64,000 nucleotides of DNA from NCBI GenBank assembly GCA_016710015.1, contig JADJLR010000008.1, positions 6,891 to 70,890 of the forward strand, read 5' to 3'. The notes under the pieces are model-generated. The model made no database searches, was not told the origin of the DNA, and worked only from the letters and a program-made list of their open reading frames with translations. The DNA is from Flavobacteriales bacterium. GTDB lineage: Bacteria; Bacteroidota; Bacteroidia; Flavobacteriales_F; PHOS-HE28. This document shows positions 46,901 to 54,293 of the stretch, one piece after another (position 1 is the first letter of the stretch; each line of letters starts with the position of its first letter). A program made the translations under genes and the position numbers.

Positions 46901-47156
46901 CTGCGCTGGTGGCGTCCGAGGCGATGTAGCGCATGCCCTGCACGCCGTTGATCGCCGTTTCCAGCTGCACCAAAGTAGACCGCGTGAGCACGTCCGCGCT
47001 GGCACCGGGATAGGCGATGAAGATGTTCACCGTCGTCGGTGCGATCTCCGGGAACTGCGAGGTGGGGAGCTGCTTGATCGCCAGCATCCCCATGAACACG
47101 ATGAGGATCGAGATCACGATGGCCAATACCGGCCGCTGAATGAAATTCCTGAACAT
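43911..47156 (-). CDS. RND multidrug efflux permease (AcrB/HAE1 family)
   Basis: 1081 aa. MFRNFIQRPVLAIVISILI N-terminus, 12-TM architecture, two large periplasmic loops, conserved GIVVDNAIVVVE motif. Confidence 0.95.
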   Translation of the reverse strand: MFRNFIQRPVLAIVISILIVFMGMLAIKQLPTSQFPEIAPTTVNIFIAYPGASADVLTRSTLVQLETAINGVQGMRYIASDATSAGEATIRVIFEPGTDPNEAVVRVKTRVDQVMPNLPLLVQREGVIITPVQPSMLMYVNLYGDGKDADELFLYNYAFTQLIPEIQRIPGVAQAQILGSRKYAMRVWLKPDRMRAYKISAEEVMEALAEQSLIARPGRLGQSSGVDAQAFEYVLVYQGQFSEPEQYRNIIVRSNEEGEQIRMRDIADVELGSEFFDIYSNLDGKPSASIVLKQSLGSNASDVIGQVKEKLQELAEVMPPSIDYKVSYDVSTFLDASTEQVIHTLRDAFILVALVVFIFLGDWRSTLIPIIAVPVSMIGTFFIMQLFGLSINLITLFALVLSIGIVVDNAIVVVEAVHAKMVSDHLAPYNAVKVVMGEIGGAIIAITLMMVSVFIPIAFMTGPVGVFYRQFSITMAGGIIISAVVALTLTPVLCAMMLKPHDAEHVGKQNLLDRFIAWFNKGFERITGRYVKVLDRVVARRTLTFGALLVFCAGIYLSGRVLPAGFIPSEDQGTIYAIIQTPPGSTLETTNKVAHELQQICEEIPEVESVSSLAGYEIMTEGRGSNAGTCLIDLKPWHDRHKDVNEVMEELEEKTKDIGAQIEYFEPPAVPGFGSSGGFSLRMLDKTNGTDYHEFDRVNKEFMAALGERKELTGLFTFFAANYPQYEILIDNQAAMQKGVSIGKAMENLNILIGSTYEQGFIRFGRFFKVYVQSGPEYRRYPSDLEALFVKNEEGEMVPYSSFMRFEKSLGPNEITRYNMYNSASIRGLPANGYTSGDAITAIKEVAKENLPRGYDIAWEGLSYDEARRGNEAIYIFLVVLIFVYLVLAAQYESFLLPLVVILSLPVGVLGSFLMLKAMGLANDVYAQIGIIMLIGLLGKNAVLIVEFAVQKQRAGATVFEAAIEGAKARFRPILMTSFAFIAGLIPLVVATGAGAIGNRTIGSSAMGGMLVGTLIGVLVIPGLYYVFATMAKGRKLIMDERDEPVSEEFVRRDEEGMRYTETIRLLTGRMKELLKRKKDE

Positions 47157-47178
47157 GGCTGGGGTGATTAACGCACGA

Positions 47179-48318
47179 TCACTCGGCGTAGAGGTCCAAG
47201 TGGGTCATGACCGAATCCGCAAAGACGAACTCGAAGTCCACTTTCTCCTTGTCCTTCACTTTCCGCAAGCCTTCCAGCAGGATGCGATCATCCTTCTTAA
47301 GTCCTTCCGTTACCACGAACAAGTGCTGTAGTTCCGGACCGATCCCGATACGTGTGGTATGCAACACACTGTCCTTGTCGATCACATAAACGTAGCGGTG
47401 GTCCAGCACCTCGAAGGTGGCCTTCTGCGGAATAAGCAGCACGTCCTTCAAGCGTGACTCCATCAGGATGTTCCCGGTCTGGCCATGGCGTAGCAGCCCT
47501 TTAGGATTGATGAAGGTGGCCCGGAATGCGATGTTGCCCGTGGTGTTGTTGAAGTCGGATTCGATAGCCGTGATCTCGCCGTCCTGATCGAAGACGTCAT
47601 TATTCGCCATACGCAACTGGACTTTCATTCCTTCCTCGGCCTTCGAGTTCTGGCTATAGGCGAGATACTCGGCTTCGGGCACATTGAAATACACCCACAT
47701 GCTGCTGTTGTCAGACAGTTCGGTGAGCAATTCTCCTTCATCGAGCAAACTGCCTTTCCGCACATGGAAGCGACCGATGATGCCGTTGAATGGCGCACGG
47801 ATCTGCGCGAATCCCAAATGCGCTTGCGCCACACTGAGCTCCGCCTTGGCCTTGTCGTACTGTGCCTTGGACATCGCCAATTCATTGGGCGAAACCACGT
47901 TGCTATCCGCCAGCGCCTTGGTGTTCCTGTATTCGATCATGGCAAACTCCGCCTCGGCTTCTGCGCGCTCCACTTCGGCCTGATAAAGTGTAGGACGTAT
48001 CTGAAAGAGCACTTGTCCCTCCTTTACCAGCTGACCTTCATCCACGTATATATCCTGCAGGTATCCCTTTTCCAAGGCGCGTAATTCGATGTGCTGTACC
48101 GAATGGATCTGGCACACGTAGTTACTGTGTACCACGGTATCCGCTTGCAACGCTGTGGTAGCCGCATAGCGCCCACCCTCGTGTCGTTCGTGTTCTTCAC
48201 CCTGCCCCCCACAACTGGCGAGCAAGAACAAGAGGCCAAGAACGAACGTCGATAGCGACTTGAGAAGTAGCGCTCGTGTCTCACGCTGACCCGGAGATGC
48301 GCAGGTAGGTCCGTGCAT
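47179..48318 (-). CDS. RND efflux periplasmic adaptor (membrane fusion protein)
   Basis: Lipobox LLASC, lipoyl/hairpin/beta-barrel pattern (IRAPFNGIIGRFHV). The start is ambiguous between ATGs at 48360, 48351 and 48318. Confidence 0.85.
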   Translation of the reverse strand: MHGPTCASPGQRETRALLLKSLSTFVLGLLFLLASCGGQGEEHERHEGGRYAATTALQADTVVHSNYVCQIHSVQHIELRALEKGYLQDIYVDEGQLVKEGQVLFQIRPTLYQAEVERAEAEAEFAMIEYRNTKALADSNVVSPNELAMSKAQYDKAKAELSVAQAHLGFAQIRAPFNGIIGRFHVRKGSLLDEGELLTELSDNSSMWVYFNVPEAEYLAYSQNSKAEEGMKVQLRMANNDVFDQDGEITAIESDFNNTTGNIAFRATFINPKGLLRHGQTGNILMESRLKDVLLIPQKATFEVLDHRYVYVIDKDSVLHTTRIGIGPELQHLFVVTEGLKKDDRILLEGLRKVKDKEKVDFEFVFADSVMTHLDLYAE

Positions 48319-48506
48319 TTCAAACACGCGATCGCCCTTGGTACGTACCATGTTGAACATGTCGATGGAATAGAAGATGAGGAACGTGGACGTACCGGTA
48401 AGACCGGGTCCAATTGAGAGGGAAACCTTTGGAATGACGCGCAATTAGCGCATCCTTGGTGGGCAATGGGCCACCGCGCCCGGAATCAACGCCGGGCTAC
48501 AGAAAT

Positions 48507-48800
48507 TCAGGGAGCTGACGGATGGAAACCCGTGACAGGGAGCAATTCGGACACGTCGGCATCCTCCGCTCCAAGTCGGTCCGCCGCGAGCACCTCCAAC
48601 CACTCCGGCACCAAAATCAAGAGCGCTGGGATCGGGAGTAGATCGAAATCAACGTGTACCCCAGGTTTGTTCGAAGGATCCTTCGTACCGAGACTGACCA
48701 CATCCACCTGCTGATTCGCACGTATGGATGCCTGAAGTGACAGCGGAAAGCTCAACTGGACACCGAGCACGATCGTGCAGGCCAATAAAAGCCGCCTCAT
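48507..48800 (-). CDS. Possible small secreted protein upstream of the efflux operon
   Basis: MRRLLLACTIVLGVQLSFPLSLQA looks like a signal peptide. No other support; it could be non-coding. Confidence 0.25.
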   Translation of the reverse strand: MRRLLLACTIVLGVQLSFPLSLQASIRANQQVDVVSLGTKDPSNKPGVHVDFDLLPIPALLILVPEWLEVLAADRLGAEDADVSELLPVTGFHPSAP

Positions 48801-49015
48801 CCATGGGTCCATCGTATGTTCCATCTTGCCTAAGCGCCTGCGAACGTAGCGCAATAGATCACCGTGAACGATGGTCTTAACAGAATTTTACCACATTGTA
48901 TCGTCTTGTATCGTCTTGTTCCGATCATTCGAAAGCCCAAAACGAAATACCCCTGTTGATCATTCCATACACGATCGCAGTGATCGCCTTGCACATGATT
49001 GGATAGTTTCGCGCC

Positions 49016-49780
49016 GTGTCCATCATCAGATCCAACCCGAAGCACATCGACCTCGGTTTCCTCAGCGGCCCACGCTCGCGCTGGAAGGAGTTCAGGAGTG
49101 CGTTCGATATCGCCCGTGAGTTCATCTACGGCTTCCGGAAGCTGCATTTCGTTGGGCCTTGCGTTACCTTCTTCGGCAGCGCACGCTTCAAGGAAGACCA
49201 TCCCTACTACGAAGTCGGTCGCGAATTGGCGCGGCGGGTCGGTCGGGTGGGTTTCACGATCATGACCGGTGGTGGGCCCGGGATCATGGAAGCTGCCAAC
49301 CGAGGTGCAAGGGATGTGGGTGCGCGCAGTGTAGGATGCAACATCGTATTACCGCATGAACAATACGCGAATCCCTATTTGGATGTGAGCCTAACGTTCG
49401 AGCGCTTCTTCGTCCGCAAAGTGTTGCTGCTGAAGTACAGCATCTGTTTCGTGGTGATGCCCGGTGGTGCTGGAACCTTGGACGAGCTGTTCGAAACCGT
49501 AACGTTGATCCAGACCGGCAAGGTGAAGAACTTCCCGATCCTGCTCTACGGTAAGGACTATTGGGCACCGATGCTACAGCAGCTCGATCGCATGATCGCT
49601 GAAGGAACGATCGGCAAGAAGGAATTGGAATTCGTTTTCGTTGCGGATTCGGTGGAAGAAGCCACGACGCTCCTCCAAGACCGACTGGTGGTGATGTGGC
49701 AGGAAGCCCGTCGGCGCAAGGACAGTCCGAAGTGGTGGTTCTTGGAGGACCGTGTTAACGGTAAGTTAAGCCGGAAGTAG
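49016..49780 (+). CDS. TIGR00730/LOG-family Rossmann-fold protein (cytokinin riboside 5'-monophosphate phosphoribohydrolase-like)
   Basis: VTFFGSAR, TGGGPGIMEAANRGA, PGGAGTLDELFE motifs. GTG start at 49016. Confidence 0.85.
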   Translation: MSIIRSNPKHIDLGFLSGPRSRWKEFRSAFDIAREFIYGFRKLHFVGPCVTFFGSARFKEDHPYYEVGRELARRVGRVGFTIMTGGGPGIMEAANRGARDVGARSVGCNIVLPHEQYANPYLDVSLTFERFFVRKVLLLKYSICFVVMPGGAGTLDELFETVTLIQTGKVKNFPILLYGKDYWAPMLQQLDRMIAEGTIGKKELEFVFVADSVEEATTLLQDRLVVMWQEARRRKDSPKWWFLEDRVNGKLSRK

Positions 49781-49833
49781 AGGGCATAACAGAGCCTTAA
49801 CTCCTTCGCAAGGAAGGGGTAATGGACCGACCG

Positions 49834-49841
49834 GATCTTTG
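49834..49841 (+). promoter_or_regulatory. -7 box variant GATCTTTG (TonB receptor)
   Basis: GGATCTTTGC is an identical 10-mer to that at 52792-52801. It lies 34 nt before ATG 49876. Confidence 0.35.
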
Positions 49842-49875
49842 CAATGCGAAAGCACCCAAGCTTTCCGCATTCGCG

Positions 49876-52686
49876 ATGTACCGAACCCTACTCGTTGTTC
49901 TTGTTTGCACATTCAGCCTCTTGGCCACGGCCCAAAGAGGCATCGTTGCGGGCACCATTTCCTCCAACGAAAATGGAAAGATCGAGCCCATGCCTTTCGT
50001 AAATGTGGCGTTGAAAGGAACCAATACCGGTGCCACCACGGACCTCGACGGTAAGTTCAGCTTCATCGCAGACCCCGGTAACTACGTGCTCTTGGTGAGC
50101 TTCGTGGGGTACGAAGGCGTGGAGGAACCGCTGACCGTGACCACGGACAAGACCACGTTGTTGGATCTCCAGTTGAAAGGCCAAGGCATCGATCTGGGCG
50201 AAGTGGAAGTGGTGCATACCGTGAACCGTGAGCGTGAAGCAGTCCTGCTGATGGAACGCAAGGAGTCCACCGATCTGGTGCAGAATATCGGCGCTCAGGA
50301 GTTGAAGAAGAAAGGTGCGAACGATGTGGCCGAGGGTGTGCAGAAAATGGTTGGTCTGAGCACCGTTGGTGGACGTTACATCGTTGTACGCGGACTCGGC
50401 GATCGCTACAACGCAGCCTACCTGAATGGCCTTCCTCTGCCTTCCCCGGACCCGGATGCTAAAGTGGCCCCGCTGGACATCTTCCCGACCAGTGTGGTGG
50501 GTAGCATCAACGTGACCAAAGGCTTCACACCGGAGTTCTACGGTGATTTCTCCGGCGGTGCTGTGGACATTCGTACCAAGCGTGCAACGGGAGAGAATGT
50601 TCTACAGGTGAGTGTGGGTGGTGGCATGAATTCACGGACCACCTTCAAGAACTTCACTTCCTACAACGGGGGAGGTCAGGACTTCTGGGGTCGCGAAGAC
50701 GGCTCACGCGCGATCCCCGCTGGTGTGCTTGGCCAAGGTGCCACGATCGATGGCGAGCGTCTGAAATTCAATACCAACTTCAACCCTGTGGTGCGCACCG
50801 CATCGCCGGACTTGAACTTCGGTCTGTACGGAGGCACCTCTTTCACACTTGGCACCAACACGAAACTGAATTTCCTAGCCACCGCCAACTACCGCAACGA
50901 GAACCGTTACCGAAAAGGGACCGTGAAGGTGATCAACACGGAGAACATCGCACTGATCGACTACGACCAGGAAAGCTGGCAGTTCAACACACAGAGCTCC
51001 GCACTCGCGGCGCTTTCTCTGGATCTCGGTACCTCGCATACCATCGGCTTCACCAGTACTTGGGTCAACACCTCATCCGATGAAGTGCGCCAGAGCTACG
51101 GCGAGCACTTCGACTATCAGGATGATGTGTTCGCTCGCCGTTTCACCTTCCGCCAGAATACCATGTGGATCAACCAAGTGGTGGGTGAGCACCGTTTCGG
51201 GCGCAGGGATCGGTTGAAGATCGACTGGGCAGGATCCATGAGCACCGCCGATGCCAACGAACCCGATCGCCGTCAGTTGGTGTACCTCTACCCACCTGGA
51301 TCGGCGAACGAGAACCATCAATTCAATGCCATAGACCGCCTGGAGAACCAGCGGTGGTACAGCGCCTTGAACGAGGAAGAGACCAGCGCCCGCGCTGGTA
51401 TCACATACCGCATCTTGGAGAAGGAAACGGAGGACGGCGTACAGCCCATCCTTCTCGTTCGGACAGGTGTACAGACGAAGCGCAAGAAGCGGATCTTCGG
51501 ATACGATGTCTTTTCATACGACCTGGGCGGTGTGAACGCGAACAACCCCTCAGGTGTAGATGTCGATCGGCCGGACACCTATATCAACGACAACACCTAT
51601 CAGCAAAGCCAATTCAGTATCCAAAATGTCACTGGACCTGAAGCTGACCACAACATCAAGCAAGAGATCGACGCAGCCTACGTCTCTGCAGAATTCGATG
51701 TGGTGCCGAGCAAAGTGAAGTTGATGGGCGGTGTACGGATGGAGGACGCGAAGCAATTCATCGTCTACCGGAAGCAGAGCGACTCGTACCTCTCTCCTCG
51801 CCGTGTAGCTCGCATCAATTCGACCGACTTCCTGCCATTCGCCGGGGTGAAGATGGACCTGAACGAAAAGAACGTGCTGCGAGCGAACGCCAGCAAGACG
51901 ATCTCCCGCCCCGGGTTCCGTGAAATGGCTCCGTTCGAGTACACCGAGTACTTCGCCGGGGTAAAGAACGTGGGCAACCCGAACCTACAGAACGGACAGA
52001 TCTACAACGCGGACCTGCGCTTCGAACAATTTCCGAACGTGGGTGAACTCTTCGCCGTTGGCGTGTTCGGCAAACAACTGATCGACCCGATCGAGAAGAT
52101 CGCACTCGCCACGGCAAGCGGCCAACTCCAATCATTCCGGAACACGGGTACCGCTCAGGTGGTCGGCATCGAATTGGAACTGGTGAAGAACCTCGGTGGC
52201 TTATTTGGAAAGGACAGCACGGTATGGAACGATCTGAGCGTAGGCGTGAATACCACCTTCCTGCATTCGGAACTCACCATAGACCGGCCGATCGCCGAAT
52301 ACGACGGACCCACCACGGTATTGACCAATGCCACGCGTCCGCTCCAAGGCGCCTCCCCCTATCTCGTGAATGCCGACCTGAGTTATGGCCTGAAGCTCGG
52401 TGATCACCTGAAGGGAACGTTGACCTTGGCGTACAACATCTTCGGACGTCGCATCTTCTCCGCTGGCGCGAACGGGCTTGGTGATCAATACGAACTCCCG
52501 GTGGGTATGCTGAATGTGATCGCACGCACCGAGATCGGCGACCGCTGGCAAGTGAACCTGAACCTTCGCAATGTGCTGGATACCCGCTCCCGCATCGAAC
52601 AGGAAACACCGAACGGCAGCACACTCATCAACGACTACCGCTCCGGAACCAATGTTTCCATCGGCCTGACCTACTCCATTCTCTGA
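49876..52686 (+). CDS. TonB-dependent receptor with CarboxypepD_reg N-terminal domain
   Basis: Signal peptide MYRTLLVVLVCTFSLLATAQ. GTISS...PMPFVNVALKGTNTGATTDLDGKF...Y.L.VSFVGY carboxypeptidase-regulatory-like domain. Plug (VVRGLGDRYN, LNGLPLPSPDP). Long beta-barrel. Confidence 0.9.
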   Translation: MYRTLLVVLVCTFSLLATAQRGIVAGTISSNENGKIEPMPFVNVALKGTNTGATTDLDGKFSFIADPGNYVLLVSFVGYEGVEEPLTVTTDKTTLLDLQLKGQGIDLGEVEVVHTVNREREAVLLMERKESTDLVQNIGAQELKKKGANDVAEGVQKMVGLSTVGGRYIVVRGLGDRYNAAYLNGLPLPSPDPDAKVAPLDIFPTSVVGSINVTKGFTPEFYGDFSGGAVDIRTKRATGENVLQVSVGGGMNSRTTFKNFTSYNGGGQDFWGREDGSRAIPAGVLGQGATIDGERLKFNTNFNPVVRTASPDLNFGLYGGTSFTLGTNTKLNFLATANYRNENRYRKGTVKVINTENIALIDYDQESWQFNTQSSALAALSLDLGTSHTIGFTSTWVNTSSDEVRQSYGEHFDYQDDVFARRFTFRQNTMWINQVVGEHRFGRRDRLKIDWAGSMSTADANEPDRRQLVYLYPPGSANENHQFNAIDRLENQRWYSALNEEETSARAGITYRILEKETEDGVQPILLVRTGVQTKRKKRIFGYDVFSYDLGGVNANNPSGVDVDRPDTYINDNTYQQSQFSIQNVTGPEADHNIKQEIDAAYVSAEFDVVPSKVKLMGGVRMEDAKQFIVYRKQSDSYLSPRRVARINSTDFLPFAGVKMDLNEKNVLRANASKTISRPGFREMAPFEYTEYFAGVKNVGNPNLQNGQIYNADLRFEQFPNVGELFAVGVFGKQLIDPIEKIALATASGQLQSFRNTGTAQVVGIELELVKNLGGLFGKDSTVWNDLSVGVNTTFLHSELTIDRPIAEYDGPTTVLTNATRPLQGASPYLVNADLSYGLKLGDHLKGTLTLAYNIFGRRIFSAGANGLGDQYELPVGMLNVIARTEIGDRWQVNLNLRNVLDTRSRIEQETPNGSTLINDYRSGTNVSIGLTYSIL

Positions 52687-52792
52687 TCGGCACTCCTTCC
52701 AACAGCGATGTGCGACCGCAGTCTTAACACTGCGGTCGCTATCGTTAATGGAATCATAAAGTTCGTGGAACGATGTGATAAGACCCCCTCGG

Positions 52793-52800
52793 GATCTTTG
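52793..52800 (+). promoter_or_regulatory. -7 box variant GATCTTTG (partner lipoprotein)
   Basis: The same GGATCTTTGC 10-mer, 30 nt before ATG 52831. Confidence 0.35.
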
Positions 52801-52830
52801 CGGCAGAAACCTGAAACAACCCTTGGATCG

Positions 52831-54159
52831 ATGAAATTGCTTCGACACATCAATACCAACCTCGCGCTCGTCACCTTGATCGTGGCGATCGGTGCGGCAC
52901 CTTTGACCTCCTGCAAGAAGAAGGAAGGCTGTACCGACCCCACGGCCATGAACTACGACCCTGACGCAGATAAGGACTGCTGCTGTGAGCACCTTACCCC
53001 CGAAAGCGAACCTACCCAAACCTTCAACGGGGAGACCTACTATGTCCTTTCAGGCAGTGTCGGCAGCAGTCGCACACTCGTTCAAAGTCGCAAATACCTC
53101 ATCTCCGGTGGCCTCTTCGTGGCATCCGGAGCTACGCTCACCATTGAGCAAGGCACCCGCATCTATGCGGCCGATGATGGCACCACACCGTTCCTGAGTG
53201 TTCAACGCGGAGGCCGGATCAACGCTGTGGGTACAGCCAACGCACCCATCGTGTTCACCACCATCAAAACCGTTACCGGTGTACCAGGCCGTGGTGATTG
53301 GGGCGGTATCGTGATCAACGGGAAGGCACGCATCAACACTTGTCCGAGCAACGATTGCAGCGCCGAGGGAGAAGGGGGCACCGGCACTTATGGTGGATCC
53401 AACGACTACGACGACTCCGGTACGATGAAGTATGTGCGCGTGGAGTACGCCGGTAAGATCCTTGGAACGGACAATGAACTGAACGGATTCTCCTTGAACG
53501 GCGTGGGAAGCGGTACGGTGTTGGAGCACCTCCAAGCCTATAAGGGCAGCGACGATGGATTCGAATTCTTCGGAGGAACCGTGAACCTGAAATGGGCCGT
53601 ATCCACCGGTAACAGCGATGACAGCTTCGACTGGACCCATGGATGGCGTGGGAAGGGCCAGTTCTGGGTGGTACATCAAGATGTCGCCACCTGCGACAAT
53701 GGCTTCGAGGGGGATAACTGGGAAACCGACTACAACGCAACACCGGTAAGCAGCCCCATGATCAGCAATTTCATCTTGGTAGGAGCAGATGATGGATCCG
53801 CCAACAGCGGAGCACGCCTGCGACATGGAACCAAAGGCAAGCTCTGGAACGGATTGGTGACCGGCTTCTCCAAAGGGATCCGTGTAGGGACCGAGTGCGA
53901 TGCCTTCGTCGCGGACGGAACCTTGTTCGTGAAGAACAGTGGAGTCTTCGGCAATGGTGCCGATTGGGACAACGCTGGCAGCATCGGATCGGATCCAACG
54001 AACACCACGTCCGGCCCTTCACTCTCCGGATACTTAGGAACGGATACCAACGGCGCCGTGGATCCCTCCATAGTAGACCCGTGGTTCAGCAGCGTCAACT
54101 ACAAAGGTGCCGTGGATCCTACCAACGATTGGACCGCGAACTGGTCAGTTCGACTTTGA
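52831..54159 (+). CDS. TonB-receptor-associated lipoprotein, beta-helix-like, function unknown
   Basis: Lipobox PLTSC followed by the Cys-rich CTDPTAMNYDPDADKDCCCEH. Repetitive G/T/N-rich strands (APIVFTT, DDGFEFFGGT, DDSFDWTHGW). C-terminal NYKGAVDPTNDWTANW. Confidence 0.65.
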   Translation: MKLLRHINTNLALVTLIVAIGAAPLTSCKKKEGCTDPTAMNYDPDADKDCCCEHLTPESEPTQTFNGETYYVLSGSVGSSRTLVQSRKYLISGGLFVASGATLTIEQGTRIYAADDGTTPFLSVQRGGRINAVGTANAPIVFTTIKTVTGVPGRGDWGGIVINGKARINTCPSNDCSAEGEGGTGTYGGSNDYDDSGTMKYVRVEYAGKILGTDNELNGFSLNGVGSGTVLEHLQAYKGSDDGFEFFGGTVNLKWAVSTGNSDDSFDWTHGWRGKGQFWVVHQDVATCDNGFEGDNWETDYNATPVSSPMISNFILVGADDGSANSGARLRHGTKGKLWNGLVTGFSKGIRVGTECDAFVADGTLFVKNSGVFGNGADWDNAGSIGSDPTNTTSGPSLSGYLGTDTNGAVDPSIVDPWFSSVNYKGAVDPTNDWTANWSVRL

Positions 54160-54293
54160 TCGGACCGGAAAGGCCAAGCACGGTAAACCGCGATCCATAC
54201 TCGGAATGGACGGAAGGCTCCTCCGGGAGACTTTCACCATTCATTGGACAGCGTGGAACCGACCACTCGATATCCAGCGCTCAATAACTCTGC

